Counted from the stretch's first letter, positions 38,299 through 51,013 are shown. The stretch: 64,000 bases of DNA from an uncultured Planctomycetota bacterium (GCA_963823665.1 CAWGMQ010000007.1:416001-480000); one strand, 5' to 3'. The notes: generated by a model from the sequence alone, not told the origin. Made by a program: numbers and translations.

Positions 38299-39347
38299 TT
38301 GAAAGACAAATCCACCGACGACATCGACCTGGCCGAGCTGGACGAGCTGAACAAGGCTTATGCGGCCATTCGCGAGCAGATGTCGCGCCAGATCGTGGGC
38401 CAGAACGAAGTGCTCGATCAGCTCTTGATCGCCGTCTTCGCGCGCGGCCATTGCATCCTTGAAGGCGTGCCGGGCCTGGCCAAGACGCTGATGGTGCAAT
38501 CGCTTGCGCAGTCGCTGGCCCTGGACTTCAACCGGATCCAGTTCACGCCCGACCTGATGCCCAGCGACATCACCGGGACCGAAGTCCTTTATGAAGACCG
38601 CGCCAGCGGGGCACGGGAGCTGCGATTCGTGACGGGCCCGATCTTCGCCAATCTGATCCTGGCGGACGAGATCAACCGTACGCCGCCCAAGACCCAGGCC
38701 GCGCTACTGGAAGCCATGCAGGAGCGGCAGGTGACTGCGGGCGGGCACCGGCACGTGCTGCCGGACCCTTCTTCGTGCTGGCGACGCAGAACCCGATCGA
38801 GCAAGAGGGGACGTATCCTCTTCCGGAAGCGCAGCTCGACCGGTTCCTGTTCAAGATCTTCATCACTTATCCCACGCCCGAAGAAGAGCGGCGGATTTAC
38901 CGGCTTACGACGGGTGCTGAAGAGCACGCGATCACGCCGACACTGGACGGCCATCGAATCGCCGCATTGCAGAAGCTGGTGCGCCGGGTGCCGGTGACGG
39001 ATCATTGCATTGACTACGCGATGGATCTGGTGCGGGCCACGCGCGGGCCGGACCATGGCGGGCCCAAGTACATCGGCGACTGGGTGGCCTGGGGCGCGGG
39101 CCCACGGGCGGGCCAGGCGCTGATTCTGGCCGCCAAGGCGAAGGCGGCCTTGATGGGCAGGCCGAGCGTTTCCGTCGAGGACATCCAGTCGGTCGCCCCT
39201 CCGGTGTTACGGCACCGGATCGTGATCAATTACAACGCCCAGGCCGCCGGCGAGTCGAGCGACTCGATCGTGAAGAAGCTGCTCGCCGATGTACCGATCA
39301 GGAAAGGACCCGCCAGTGCCGCCGTCGCGGAAATATTCCGATCCTGA
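38299..39347 (+). CDS. moxR: MoxR family AAA+ ATPase; frameshift near 38768
   Basis: [68 protein letters not shown]. Confidence 0.93.
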
Positions 39348-40242
39348 TGCCATCGCGCAGATTTCGGACCTGGCGCTGCGGTCGCGCAGGCTGGTGGAAG
39401 GTGCGATCAGCGGACAGCATCGCAGCCCGTTCCACGGGTTCAACGTCGAGTTCGCCGAATACCGGGAATACACGCCCGGCGACGACTTGCGGCGGCTGGA
39501 CTGGCGCGTGTTCGCGCGATCGGACCGGCATTACATCAAGCAATACGAGGAAGAAAGCAACGTCCGCGTGACGTTCGTCGTCGACGCCAGCAACTCGATG
39601 AATTACCGCGGTCAGCCGCCGCTATCCAAGTTTGAATATGGCGCCACGCTGGTGGTCTCGCTGGCGATGATGCTGGTGCGGCAGCAGGACCCGGTCGGCT
39701 TCGTCCTCTTTGACGAGGCCGCCACGACGGTGCTTCCGCCGGCGGCGACCCTTTCGCAGATCATGGTCATGTGCGAACTGCTCGAAAAATGCAAGCCGGC
39801 GCGCAAGACGGAGCTGGGCGGTTTGCTCCGGTCACTCTGCGACCGGTTGCGGCGGCGGAACATGATCGTGATCGTGTCGGACCTCCTCACGGATCTGGAA
39901 TCGGTTTACGACGGGCTCAACCGGCTGCGGTTCCTGGGTCATGAAGTGCTGGTCATGCAGTTGCTCGACCGCGACGAGCTGGAGCTGCCGTTCGACGGCC
40001 CGACGATTTTTCACGATATCGAGGGAACGGAGGAGCTTTTCGCCGAGCCCTGGGCGTTTCGCAAGTCGTATCAAAAGGCGATGGCGGACTTTGTGACCAC
40101 GGTGGCGCGCGAGTGCGGGAACCGCGGCTATGACCACGTCAAGTTCCTCACCGACGAACCATTGGGCCGATCGCTGAGCTCCTTCCTGCACGCGCGGCAG
40201 GAATCGGGCCGGGCGGCCGTTCGACAAGGCTCACGATCCTGA
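39316..40242 (+). CDS. DUF58 domain protein
   Basis: GQHRSPFHG.NVEFAEYREYTPGDDLRRLDW, VDASNSM, VSD. Confidence 0.92.
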   Translation: MPPSRKYSDPDAIAQISDLALRSRRLVEGAISGQHRSPFHGFNVEFAEYREYTPGDDLRRLDWRVFARSDRHYIKQYEEESNVRVTFVVDASNSMNYRGQPPLSKFEYGATLVVSLAMMLVRQQDPVGFVLFDEAATTVLPPAATLSQIMVMCELLEKCKPARKTELGGLLRSLCDRLRRRNMIVIVSDLLTDLESVYDGLNRLRFLGHEVLVMQLLDRDELELPFDGPTIFHDIEGTEELFAEPWAFRKSYQKAMADFVTTVARECGNRGYDHVKFLTDEPLGRSLSSFLHARQESGRAAVRQGSRS

Positions 40243-40275
40243 TTTGACAGTTCGCCAGGGCACGCGATTCTGAAC

Positions 40276-42438
40276 ATGCTTACATTTCTAGCCCCGTTGT
40301 TGATCTGGGGTACGCTCCTGGGAGCGATACCCATCATCATCCACCTGCTGAACCGCCGGAGGTTCCGCCGTGTGGACTGGGCTCCCATGCACTATCTGCG
40401 TCTGACGATCCAGCGCAACCGGCGGCGGATTCAATTCGAGCAGCTTCTGCTCCTGCTCTTGCGGATTGCGCTCATTGTGCTGTTATTCTTCTACCTTGCG
40501 CGTCCGCTACTGAACCCGACGGGGCTCGAGACGTGGCTGGGCTCCGGGGGCAGGACGAGCCAGGTGATCTTGATCGACGACTCGCTCAGCATGGGCTTTT
40601 CCGCGGGCGATGCGACGGCGTTCACGCGGGCCAAGGAGGCGGCGGGCTCACTGGTGGCGTCGATCCGGCCGCAGGACCGGTGCACGATTGTGACGACATC
40701 GGCGCCACGGGTCCCGGTGCTGCATGAGGTGGAAGGGACGCGTCGCGAAGAGCTGCTGGGGGCGGCCGGGGCGATTCCGCTTTCGGCCACGCACGCTGCG
40801 TGGCCGGCGGTGCTCGAAGGTCTGGACGAGGTGGTGCGCTCCTGCACGTATCCGACCAAGCAGCTCACGATCCTGACGGATCTGCGCAAAGCGGGCTGGG
40901 ACCGGAGTGTGACGTCGGTCGCGGGGCGATGGAAGCAGGACGGGCTGCGGGTGCGGATCGTCGACCTGGGGGACGACGAGACCGTGAACGTGTCGCTTCA
41001 GGCGCTGGTACCGCTCGATCGCACGATTCTTGCCGGCGCACCCAGTCGCTGGGAGGCTGTGATTCGCAACGACTCACCGCGGGTGATCTCCGGGGCCAAG
41101 GCGGTGCTGCGGGTCGATGACAAGCCGACGGAGCTGAAGCTGCCCGAGATTCCTCCGAGCGAAGTCACGCGGGTTCCGCTGGCGGTTCAGTTTCCGGGAT
41201 CGGGGCCGCACGAGTTTTCGCTGCAGCTTCCCGACGATGCCTTGCAAGGCGACAACCAGCAGTGGGCGGCGGTGCCGGTGAAGGACTCGCTGCTGATCCG
41301 GCTGGTCGACGGCGAGCCTTCGTCGGAGGCTTTTGGATCGGAAGTTGACTACCTGGCGGCGCCTTTGTCGATCGGCATCGGGGCGGCGGAGGCGTGGCGG
41401 GTCGAGACGGTTCTGGACCAGGATTTCCTGTCGCCGCGGCTGGAGACGCCGGACGTGCTGGTGCTGGCGAACGTGGCATCGGTCACGCCGGAGGAGGCCG
41501 AAAAGCTGAGTCAGATGACGAGCGCCGGGATGGGGCTGCTGATCTTCACGGGCGCGAAGCTCGACATCGGGCTTTACAACGACTTGCTCTTCCGCCAGAA
41601 CAACCGGGTGCTGCCGTGCCCGCTGAAGTCGCTCGCCGACGAGAATATTCACGGTGTTTTCATCGAGCCGCTGCATCCCTCGCCGCTGGAGAAGCTGCTG
41701 GATTTGAAGGCTTCTGCGCTCGAGCGGGTGACGCTCAAGCAGATCATGAGCGTGGAGGAGCCGGCGGAGGTGGGGCAGGTGCGGGTGCTGGCGCGGTGGA
41801 ACAACCCGGCGCGGTCACCGGCGGTGATCGAGCGAATCAAGGGGGAGGGCCGGGTGCTGTTGTGGACGACGACGGCCGATCGTGCGGGCAATGACTGGCC
41901 GATCGAGCCGAGCTTCGTGCTGGCGATCCGCGAAGCGGTGCGCGGGGCGGCGCGGCCGACTCCGCTGGACCACACGGTGACGGCGGGCGAGCGGATGAAG
42001 CGAGTGGTGCAGACGAGCCAGCAGCTTTCGAGTGTGCGGTTGACCTCGCCCGGCGGCGGCGAGCCCGAGGCGCTTCAGGCGGTGCCGAAAGCGGACGAGC
42101 CGGGCAGCAAGGAGGCGCCGTCGGTGGAGATCGTGGCTCCCGACACGCGAAGGGCGGGGATTTACCGGTTTTCGTGGGACGAGGGATCGGCGGGCACTCA
42201 GGGGGACATCTATGCCGCGAACCCCGACCCGCGGGAGAGTGCACTCGAGCGGATCGAGACGCGGGAGCTCCATACGTTCCTGTCGCCGCTCGAGCTCGAG
42301 ATTATTCGAGCCCGGAACAACGAGGGGAACCTGTTCTCGCCTACCGGACGAGAGATGTGGCGCGATCTGGCGATCGCGCTGGCCGTGCTTCTTGTTTTCG
42401 AGTCGTTATTCGCGACCTGGGTTGGCCGTTCGCGTTAA
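40276..42438 (+). CDS. BatA N-terminal + vWA domain membrane protein
   Basis: PIIIHLLNRRRFRRVDWAPM, ARP, MIDAS DDSLSM, LTD; C-terminal ES...MWR transmembrane tail. Confidence 0.88.
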   Translation: MLTFLAPLLIWGTLLGAIPIIIHLLNRRRFRRVDWAPMHYLRLTIQRNRRRIQFEQLLLLLLRIALIVLLFFYLARPLLNPTGLETWLGSGGRTSQVILIDDSLSMGFSAGDATAFTRAKEAAGSLVASIRPQDRCTIVTTSAPRVPVLHEVEGTRREELLGAAGAIPLSATHAAWPAVLEGLDEVVRSCTYPTKQLTILTDLRKAGWDRSVTSVAGRWKQDGLRVRIVDLGDDETVNVSLQALVPLDRTILAGAPSRWEAVIRNDSPRVISGAKAVLRVDDKPTELKLPEIPPSEVTRVPLAVQFPGSGPHEFSLQLPDDALQGDNQQWAAVPVKDSLLIRLVDGEPSSEAFGSEVDYLAAPLSIGIGAAEAWRVETVLDQDFLSPRLETPDVLVLANVASVTPEEAEKLSQMTSAGMGLLIFTGAKLDIGLYNDLLFRQNNRVLPCPLKSLADENIHGVFIEPLHPSPLEKLLDLKASALERVTLKQIMSVEEPAEVGQVRVLARWNNPARSPAVIERIKGEGRVLLWTTTADRAGNDWPIEPSFVLAIREAVRGAARPTPLDHTVTAGERMKRVVQTSQQLSSVRLTSPGGGEPEALQAVPKADEPGSKEAPSVEIVAPDTRRAGIYRFSWDEGSAGTQGDIYAANPDPRESALERIETRELHTFLSPLELEIIRARNNEGNLFSPTGREMWRDLAIALAVLLVFESLFATWVGRSR

Positions 42439-42477
42439 ACACAGCTTCTCGTGTTAATCACAGCTTGACGTTCACTT

Positions 42478-44926
42478 ATGAATAGTTTTTTGCAAATCAT
42501 TCTGGGAATCGATCGGCCGAAGGGGGCGGATGCGGCCGGGCCTTCGCGGCTGGAGCTTTCTGCGCTTCCACAAGGAGCAACAGCCGCAGCGCTCATCGTG
42601 GCGGCGGTTGTCTTTCTTTGCGTCGTGTGGTGGCTCTACCGGCATGAGCGGCCGGATCTGTCGCGGCTCAAGCGCGGTCTGATGGCGGGGCTGCGGGCGC
42701 TGACGGTGTTTGCGCTCATCGCGATGCTGGTCGAGCCGGTGCTCGTGAGCAGTCACCGCGAGACGATCAAGTCGCATCTGGCGATCATTCTGGATGATTC
42801 GGAGAGCATGAAATTTTCCGATCCGTATACGGACCAGTCCAAAGCGGCCGAGATTGCCTCGAAGATGAAGCTCGAGTCGGCGGGTGCTCGGTCGTCGGTG
42901 GAGCGGCTCCGCGAAACGTCGCGTCTGGATCTGGTCAAGCACGGGCTGCGTGGGAACCTCGACGCGCTGGCGAAGGGGCGCGAGATCTTCCTTTATGATC
43001 TGGAGTCAGCGGCGCGGCCGGGCTCCGGTGAATCGGCGCAAAAGCGCACGCTGGACGACGTTCAGCCGAACCGGCCGATCTCGCCGGTGGGGGACGCGAT
43101 TCACGGCGTGCTGGCGGGGCATCGGGGGCAGCCGGTGGCGGGCCTGGTGATCGCGAGCGACGGACGGTCGAATGCGGGCGAAGAGCCGCTCAAGGCGATC
43201 GAGACGGCCGTACGGCAGAACATTCCGATCTACGCGGTTGCGGCCGGAGGGGCGGAAGGGCCGCGGAATGTGCGGCTGGCGGAGGTGGAAGCGAGCCCGG
43301 TCGTGTTCGTCCGCGACCCCACCATTCTGGCCGTCGTGGTGGAGGCGCGCGGGCTGCGCGACGCCGAGGCGACGATCGTGCTCGAACAGCGAATCAACGA
43401 AAATGAGTGGGAAAGCGTGGGCAGGGAGCGGGTGGTGCTGGGAGAAGACGGGATCCTCAAGCGCACGACGTTTCGGATCACGCCCAAGGTTGTCGGTCAG
43501 TATGAGTTCCGCGCCAAGGTTGAGGATGCCGGGCCCGAGCTGACGCAGGAGGACAACGTGGCGACGGCTGCGGTGAAGGTGGTGCGGCAGCAGATCCGGT
43601 TGCTCTTGATCGCGGGGTCGCCGTCGCCGGAGGTGCAGTTCCTGCGGAATGCGCTGATGCGCGATCAGCGAGTGGAATTTGCCGGCTGGCTGCAACATGC
43701 GGATCCCGGATTTCGCCAGCCGGGGGACCGCCCGATCACGCCGCCTGCCGAATGACTCGGCCGAGCTGAGAAACTACGACGCTCTTTTGCTGGTTGACCC
43801 GGATTTGCGTGCGCTTGGTCCGCAATGGCCGGAGATGATCACGCACTTCGTCGGCCAGGAAGGCGGGGGTGTGATTTTCGTGGCGGGCGAGCTTTATTCT
43901 CAGCAGCTTTTCGAGGCGGCAGATGGCAAGGGACCTGCCGGGGACTGGACGAAGATCTTGCCGATCGTGCGGGACCCTGGGCTCTTCCGCACGGAGGCCG
44001 AGGTGCGGCTGTCGAGCCAGTCGACTTATGGGCTGGAGCTTTCTCCCGAAGGTCGCGGCGATCCGGTGTTCGAGTTCAACGCCGATCCGATTCGCAACCG
44101 CTCGATCTTGACGAGCCTGCCGGGCATGTACTGGAGCTTTCCGGTGACGAGGTCACGGCCGGGGGCGACGGTGCTGGCGCGGCATGGGGACCCGCGGATG
44201 CAGAACCAGTACGGCCGGCAGACGCTGCTTGCGTCTCAGCTTTATGGACCTGGGCGGACGGTTTTCATCGGGTTTGACAGCACGTATCGCTGGCGCTATC
44301 TGTCGGAAGATTACTTCGATGGCTTCTGGGCTCGCCTGGTCGATCGAGTGGGCCGAAGCAAGGCGCTGGGGGGGCGGTTTCCGTTCACGGTGCACCTGGG
44401 GAAGAGCGTGTACCGGGTGGGGGACCAGGTTCAGGTGGGCGTGCGCTACACGGACCCGGCCGCTCTTGCGGAGGGGACGGAGCTGGCCGCGGATCTCGAG
44501 ATCGCCGGCCAGCCGCCGGAGCCGTTGCGGTTCGAGCGAGTGGCAGATGATCCGGGGTTGTTGACAGCCACGTTTCCGGCGGCGCAGGCGGGAGCGTATT
44601 CGCTGCGGATCGTGCCCACGACCGCGGCGACGGGGGGCTCGGACATCCGGGCGTCGACCACGACGTTTCGCGTCGAGCCGCCCAAGCGAGAGATCGACGA
44701 GCCGTCGCTCAATCGTCCGCTGCTCACGGAGCTGGCGCGGTTGACCGGGGGGCGGGTTTTTGAGCTGGCAGACCTACGTGAGCTGGACGCGGCGATTCCG
44801 ACGCGCGAGGTGACGCGGACGCTGGAAACGCGGGATGAGCTGTGGGATGCGCCGCTGTTTTATGTGACGATCTTGACCTGCTTGACGGTGGAATGGGTGC
44901 TGAGGAAGAAGTATCGGATGGTGTAG
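42478..44926 (+). CDS. vWA + class I glutamine amidotransferase-like membrane protein; frameshift near 43740
   Basis: LDDSESM, ASDGRSN, GGGVIFVAGE, DSTYRWRY, LWD...EWVLRK. Confidence 0.8.
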
Positions 44927-44994
44927 GGGGGCCTGATGAAAAGCGGACCGTTTTCTGTTGCGCTACAGTTTAGTGATGGCGGCCGCCGGGACGA

Positions 44995-45028
44995 CCCCCC
45001 CTGGCCCCCCCTTCTAAAAGGGGGGAAA
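44995..45028. repeat. Dispersed hairpin repeat, copy 3
   Basis: CCCCCCCTGGCCCCCCCTTCTAAAAGGGGGGAAA in an intra-operon spacer. Confidence 0.75.
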
Positions 45029-45134
45029 CTTAGTGTAGGGGCGGTGGTTTGACTCGGTACTTAAACGCGGTTTAGAGGATTAGACGGATCGTCAGGCAGA
45101 AGCCTGACCTACCGGGGAAATCGTCAGGCGAACC

Positions 45135-47360
45135 ATGGCGACTGTTCTTGAACTACCGACGCTTGATCGGCTTCGTGAAGAGCAGCGGGCGCTGCGCGCG
45201 GTGCTGATGCGGCTGCGCAGGCGATTGCGGCTGGAGCTGTTGCTGGAGTTCGGGGCGGATGCCCTGATCGTTCTCGCCGTGACCGGGGCGATTCTTGTTT
45301 TCCTGGATTTTTGGTTTCGATTCGGCGTGCAGGTGCGTCTTGTCTTGCTGTTGCTCGCACTGGCGGGGGTGCTTGTCTTTCTGGGACTACGGGCATTCCG
45401 GCGGTATCAGGCGTCACGGCTTGACGAGCTCACGCTGGCGATGACGCTGGACCGGCACCGGCCGGGGACCGGCCAGCAGATTGCCGATGTGCTTCAGCTT
45501 CCGGAGCTGCTGGATGAGGAGGGGTCGACGGTTTCGCGGGCGATGGTGCGACAGGCGGTGCAGCGCGCGACCGCGGCGCTAGCTGGATCGGATTGGCGCA
45601 CGCTCTGGAATCGCAAGCGCACGGCTCTGGCAATTGCGGCGGTGGTCCTGGGGTTGCTGCTGCCGCTCTGGTTCCACCGGGTCGCTCCGAGGGCGGCTCG
45701 GCTGAGTGCGGCGCGGTGGCTGCTTGGGTCGTCGCAGCGATGGCCGCAGCGGACTTATCTCACCGTGATGGGCTTGAACGCGGCCGGGGAGCTTCTGGTG
45801 CCTCGCGATGAGCGATATCCAGTCGAGGTGCGATCGGACCTGCCCCTGGTCGAACCCCAGGGGGACGACTGGATTGTTCATGGGCGCGGCGAGCCGACGC
45901 TGATCTGGTCGAGGCCGTCGGCTGCGGTTGCTCCTTCGTCGGTGCTGATCAACGAACGGACTGCGGAAGGCAAGGTGAGGAAGGCGGCGATGTCGGAGGC
46001 GGGGCCCGACCGGTTCACGTTCGAGCTGCCGCCGTCGTCGAGCTCGTCGGCGATTGACCTGGCCGGAGGAGACGACTGGCTGGGGCCACTGACGGTGACG
46101 CGGGTCGATCGGCCGTCGCTTGCCGAGACAAGGGTTCGTGTCAAGGAGCCGGGCGCCACGTACACCGGCTTCCGCGCCGTGGAGGATGCGCGGGAGCATC
46201 TGCTTTTCTTGCCCGACACGGAGATCGAGCTGACGCTGGTGGGCACCGAAGCGATCTCGGAGAGCCAGGTGAAGATCCAGGCGGGAAAGACCCTGACGCT
46301 TGCGCGGGGCGACGATCGCTCGTTCACGACGACCTGGAAGCTCACCGAAGCAACGACGCTCGAGATCCTTTTGAAGTCGGCCAGGACGGCGCTTTCTTCG
46401 AAGCCGACGTTCCTCTCGATCGGGCTGCTCAAGGACCGTGCGCCGCGGGTGACGCTACGCGCCCTGGGGACGGGCGGCCATGTGACCCCGATCGCGACAA
46501 TTCCGCTTTCGATCAGTGCGACCGACGATTTTGGTCTGGGGGCACTTCGCTTGCAGGTTGATCGGACGACGAGCACGGACGACAAAGCCGCGCCGGTGAC
46601 CACGCGGGCGACCCAGGCCTTGCCGCTGGTGATTGAGAAGGACCGCCCGCTGCTTGATCATCAGGTGCGCCACGAAGTGGTTTTGCAGGCCGACCCGCCT
46701 CGAATCGGCACGATCATCCGGTTCGTGGCGGAGGCGGACGACCGATGTGCCAACGGCAAGCAGACCGGCCGATCGAGTGCACTGCAAGTTCAGGTGGTCT
46801 CACCGGACGAGCTGTTTTACGAGATCCTGGTCCGGCAGCGGGCCGAACGGGCCAAGTTCCTGGCGGCACTCGAGGCCGTGGAGAAGCAGACGCCGGTGCT
46901 GGCGGGGCAGCCGACGGCGGCCGACTTCCAGAAGGTGATGCGGGTTCATCACACGGGGGCGCGGCAGCTCGAGCAGATCGCCGGGCGCGTGGCCGACACG
47001 CTGCAGGAGATGAAGCTCAACCAGGTGGGATCGCCCAAGTCGCACCGGCTGCTGCAACAGGCGATCATCGACCCGATTCGCGAGCTTGCCACCGGCCCGA
47101 TGAACCAGGCGCGGAGTGTGCTGCAGGCGCTTTCCGGTGCGGCATCGACGCCTGGCGCGAGCGAAGCCGAGGCCCGGCGACTGCATGCGGAAGTTGTTAC
47201 AAAAATGAGGAATATCCTGGACCAGATGTCGCAGTGGGAGAGTTTCGTCGATGTTGTCAACCAGGTCGCCGAAGTGATCAAGATGCAGCAGAAGGTGCTC
47301 AAGGACACCGAGAAAGCGCGGGAAACGCGGACGCGTGAGGTGTTTGATGATAAGCCGTGA
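45135..47360 (+). CDS. Hypothetical membrane protein (3 TM, beta-rich middle, coiled-coil tail)
   Basis: 741-aa ORF; DRAPRV.L...ATDDFGL motif typical of MoxR-cluster membrane proteins. Confidence 0.75.
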   Translation: MATVLELPTLDRLREEQRALRAVLMRLRRRLRLELLLEFGADALIVLAVTGAILVFLDFWFRFGVQVRLVLLLLALAGVLVFLGLRAFRRYQASRLDELTLAMTLDRHRPGTGQQIADVLQLPELLDEEGSTVSRAMVRQAVQRATAALAGSDWRTLWNRKRTALAIAAVVLGLLLPLWFHRVAPRAARLSAARWLLGSSQRWPQRTYLTVMGLNAAGELLVPRDERYPVEVRSDLPLVEPQGDDWIVHGRGEPTLIWSRPSAAVAPSSVLINERTAEGKVRKAAMSEAGPDRFTFELPPSSSSSAIDLAGGDDWLGPLTVTRVDRPSLAETRVRVKEPGATYTGFRAVEDAREHLLFLPDTEIELTLVGTEAISESQVKIQAGKTLTLARGDDRSFTTTWKLTEATTLEILLKSARTALSSKPTFLSIGLLKDRAPRVTLRALGTGGHVTPIATIPLSISATDDFGLGALRLQVDRTTSTDDKAAPVTTRATQALPLVIEKDRPLLDHQVRHEVVLQADPPRIGTIIRFVAEADDRCANGKQTGRSSALQVQVVSPDELFYEILVRQRAERAKFLAALEAVEKQTPVLAGQPTAADFQKVMRVHHTGARQLEQIAGRVADTLQEMKLNQVGSPKSHRLLQQAIIDPIRELATGPMNQARSVLQALSGAASTPGASEAEARRLHAEVVTKMRNILDQMSQWESFVDVVNQVAEVIKMQQKVLKDTEKARETRTREVFDDKP

Positions 47361-47534
47361 GGCCTCAAATAAAATCAGGATTCGCATGCTGCAAACCCCG
47401 CGCGAAGATGGTAGGATCAGAACCGACTACACTCGTCGTAAGACGGGCACCCCGGTGCGGCAACAGCCCGGGGTGCTGTGTCCTCTTCGCTCTTTTGTCG
47501 CCCGAATGAGTGGACCTAACCGGAGGAAAAGCTG

Positions 47535-48056
47535 ATGAGGATCGGTATTATTGCAGTTGGTGGGGCCGGCCTGCTCTCGTGCGTTCTGTGCCTTTCGGCC
47601 AGTGCAGAGGGGCCCATCACGACCATTTCCGGCAAGATGACCACGGTTGCCGGCGATCTGGCCAAGACCGTGACGGGCGAGCCGGTACAGACCCGGCAGA
47701 AAGAGATCGTCAAAGACCTGGATGACCTGATCGCGTCGCTGGAAAAACAATGCCAGCAGTGCAAGAACGGCATGGTGAAGAACAATCCGACTCGCCCGGC
47801 GCGTGAATCGACCATTCGCAAGGGCACTGGCGGCGTCGGCGATCTGGTCAATCCTGCGGAAGGGAGCAAGGACTGGGCAAAGATCTCGCCGAGAGAGCGC
47901 GACCGCATTCTGCAGTCGATGTCGGAAGGCTTCCCCCCCGAGTATCGCCTGGTCCTCGAGCGTTACTACCGACGTTTGGCGGAGGAAAAGACCATTCCCG
48001 CCGGAGCGGACAGCTCGAAGAGCAAGGCCGAACCGACCCGGACCGAGGGCGAGTGA
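47535..48056 (+). CDS. Small exported hypothetical protein
   Basis: GGAGG RBS, signal peptide, W...PRER..I.Q....FPPEYR..LERYYRRLA. Confidence 0.75.
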   Translation: MRIGIIAVGGAGLLSCVLCLSASAEGPITTISGKMTTVAGDLAKTVTGEPVQTRQKEIVKDLDDLIASLEKQCQQCKNGMVKNNPTRPARESTIRKGTGGVGDLVNPAEGSKDWAKISPRERDRILQSMSEGFPPEYRLVLERYYRRLAEEKTIPAGADSSKSKAEPTRTEGE

Positions 48057-48071
48057 GCCATAGGATCTGCG

Positions 48072-51013
48072 ATGTTCAGCGCGACTCTCGTCGTCATCTC
48101 GCTGACCGCCCTGGCGGGTGCGGGCGCGAATTCTGAGTATTCCCGCACACTCAGCTTATCGGCTCTCGATCAAGCCGCTTTTGACGCCGAAACTTACGGC
48201 GAGAAAGCAGGCCTAAAACGAGAAGCCGATGGGCTGCGGATGACCCTGGCCCCCGGGCAGGCGGAAACCGGCTGGAAGACGCCGCAGCAAATAAAATTCG
48301 GCGGCGACTTCACGATCACGGCGACCGTGGTCATCAAAACCCTTCCCAAGCCGGCCCAGGAAGACGGCGCCGCGCTGGGCTTGGCGATTGCCTTTCAGGA
48401 CATCAACCAGCCGGACGGCACGCTGCTCCGAATGCGCGAGCCGAAAGGGCCGGATGTATATCGGTTCATCGACAAGTCCGCGATCAACGCGGCACAGCAA
48501 CAACAGCAGCAGATGCAAATGCAGATGCAGCAGGGCTTTATGGGCGCGGCAAAGCCGCCGAAGGTTCCACGCCCCACGTTTCCGGCTTCGGGCGAGCAGG
48601 TTCGTTTGCAGATCACGCGTGAGGGCCAGATTATTCGCTTCCAGGTGATCGACGTGGCGACCGGGCAGTCGCGTTACCTGGGGCAGGCGCAGCTTGGGCC
48701 CAACGATGTCGCTTCGGTGAAGTTGTTCGTGGCGAATCGCAATGGCGCTGAGCCGATCAACGTGCTGTGGCGTGATCTGACGGTGCGGGCCGAGCGGATT
48801 AACGGGCTGGGGACGATTGTCCGAACCGTGCTTGGGGAAGTGGTTTACGCCGACCCGACTTCGATCGAAAACGATGTTCTGGTGCTGGGGGGCCAGCCCA
48901 AGGCTCCGCCTCAGCCGCCAGCGAAGCCGGGAGCAGCGCCGGGCGCTGCACCGGGCGGTGCTCCGGCCGCGAAGGATGGGCAGCCAGCCGCGGCACCGGC
49001 GGCTGTGAAAGGGGCGGCGGCACCTGCTGCGGTGGCGGCGCCTCCCGCGGGCGCGGTGGTGAAAGCGGTGGCCGTGATGAAGGTTCAAGCCGTACCGGCG
49101 GGCAAGGGCGTGGTTGTGATGAATGCGGGGCAGGTCCAGGCGGCGATGGCGGATCCATTTGGGCCGGCCGGACCGGGGCCGGCGGTTCCACGGGCGGGCG
49201 GCCCTGGTGCTTCTGGGGGTCAAGCTGCCCAGGCGCCGCCCAAACCCAAGGCGAAAGTCCCGATGGATGAGCTGGAGAGTATCCGCTTCGAACGCACGCC
49301 GGCGATGGCGGCCCGGTTCATGGGACAGCCGAATGCCGACTTCACGATGCCTGGCTTGAGCGCCAAGAAGGAAGAACCTCCCAAGAAAGAGGAACCGGCC
49401 AAGAGCGCGGAGCCTGCGAAGATGGTCGACGCGGGCAAGAGCGAGCCCGCGAAGAAGAAGGGCGAGGGCGAAAAGAAGGCGGAGGCTGAGAAGGCCGTGG
49501 CAGCCAAGCAGGGCGCGGCCGTCAAGAAGGCTGCCGCCGTGGCGAAGAAGGAAGAGCCGAAGGCGCCCCGGCTGACGACGTGCTTGCGCCGCCGCCGGGT
49601 ACCACGATCACCAAGATCGCCAAGCTCGAGCCCAAGAAGAACGGCATCCGCGACATGAATATCGCGCTCTTCGGGCTAAGAGACAAGGCGATCAAGCAGG
49701 TGATGATCAACTGCCAGACGGCGAGCGGCCCGGTGGCCTGGCGGCTAGATACGTCGGACTCACAGGACTGGCCGGTGGTGATTCAGCGCGCAGGTGTCGG
49801 GCCGACGGCCGACATCTTTCTCGAGCCGCCGCCGGGCGACTGCTTCGAGAAAGACTTCACGATCAACATCAATTACGAGGACGGCCAGGCTGCCAACGTG
49901 AACACGAAGGCGGCGCTGCACAGCGACGCCAAGCTCGCGGTCGACGCGAAAGCGCCGAGCGGCATTCGGCCCGACGTGTGGGTTTACCTCACCGGGGACG
50001 AACTGCTCTTCGGCAAGCTCGAGGGAATCGGCCCGGATACGTTGCGATTCACGACGCCGTGGCAAGACAAGCTCGAGGTGCCGCTTTCGCGGGTGGCCGG
50101 AGCGCACATCGGTTTGCTCGATCGTAAGGAGACCGTCGAGGCGTTTCGCAAGCGGCTGGAATCGCGAGGGGCCGAGGACGTTCTGCTTGCCCAGACGAAG
50201 AATGGGGAGGTCCTGGCCATCGCGGGTGTGGTCGAGGGGACAGATGCCGAGAAGCTGCGGTTTCGTTATCAAGATAAGACCCGGACCATCGCGCTCAAGC
50301 AGGTTGAAGGGGTGATCATGGCCTCGCGGCCGGAGGCACGGGGGCTGGACGAGCTGCGGCCGACGTTCACGCTGCCCAACTCGGTGGTGATCTCGGGTAA
50401 GTGGAAAGATCTTGATACGAGCACATGGAAGATTGTCACCAAATGGGGGCAAGAGCTCAATCTGCCGGCGGGCGACGTCCAGGACGTGCGATTCCGGGGA
50501 GGCAAGGTGACGTTCCTGTCGGACTTGATACCACTCAAGGTCGAGGAAGCGCCTTACTTCGGACATCGCTTTCCCTGGCGGCACGACGTGAACCTGCTCG
50601 GAGAGTCACTCAAGATCAACGGCCAGAGCTTCGATCGAGGCCTGGCGGTGCATTCACGCTGTATCCTCACGTACGACCTGGGCCGACGGTATTCCCGATT
50701 CGAGGCGATTGTCGGCTTCGACGACGCGGCGCGAGGCAAAGGGCGGGTGGATTGCCGCGTCTTTGCCGACGGCAAGGAGATCTATGCAAATCCCGACCTT
50801 CGCGCTGATGCGCCCCCGGTGAAGCTCTCGCTTCCGGTAGCGAATGCCGAGGAGCTGCGGTTGCACGTCGATTTCGGCCAGGGACAGGATACCGGCGACC
50901 GGGTGATCTGGGCGAACGCCCGCTTGTACCGGCCGCAGGCCGGCAAGGTTTCGGCGCACGGGCAGACGACACCGAGCGAACTTGCAAGGGGCTCGCAGGC
51001 TGGACCTCGCTGA
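48072..51013 (+). CDS. Large exported protein with Q- and A/P/K-rich linkers and a C-terminal NPCBM/NEW2 module; frameshift near 49568
   Basis: FLSDL.P, RGLAVHS, F.AIVGFDD, VFADGK, L.L.VDFG, DRVIWANARL. Confidence 0.75.

Noticed and set aside
37024..38997. Prenyltransferase-MoxR fusion ORF (657 aa)
   Set aside because: An indel near 38210 bypasses the natural end LPIFQR* at 38284; moxR has its own RBS and TTG at 38299.
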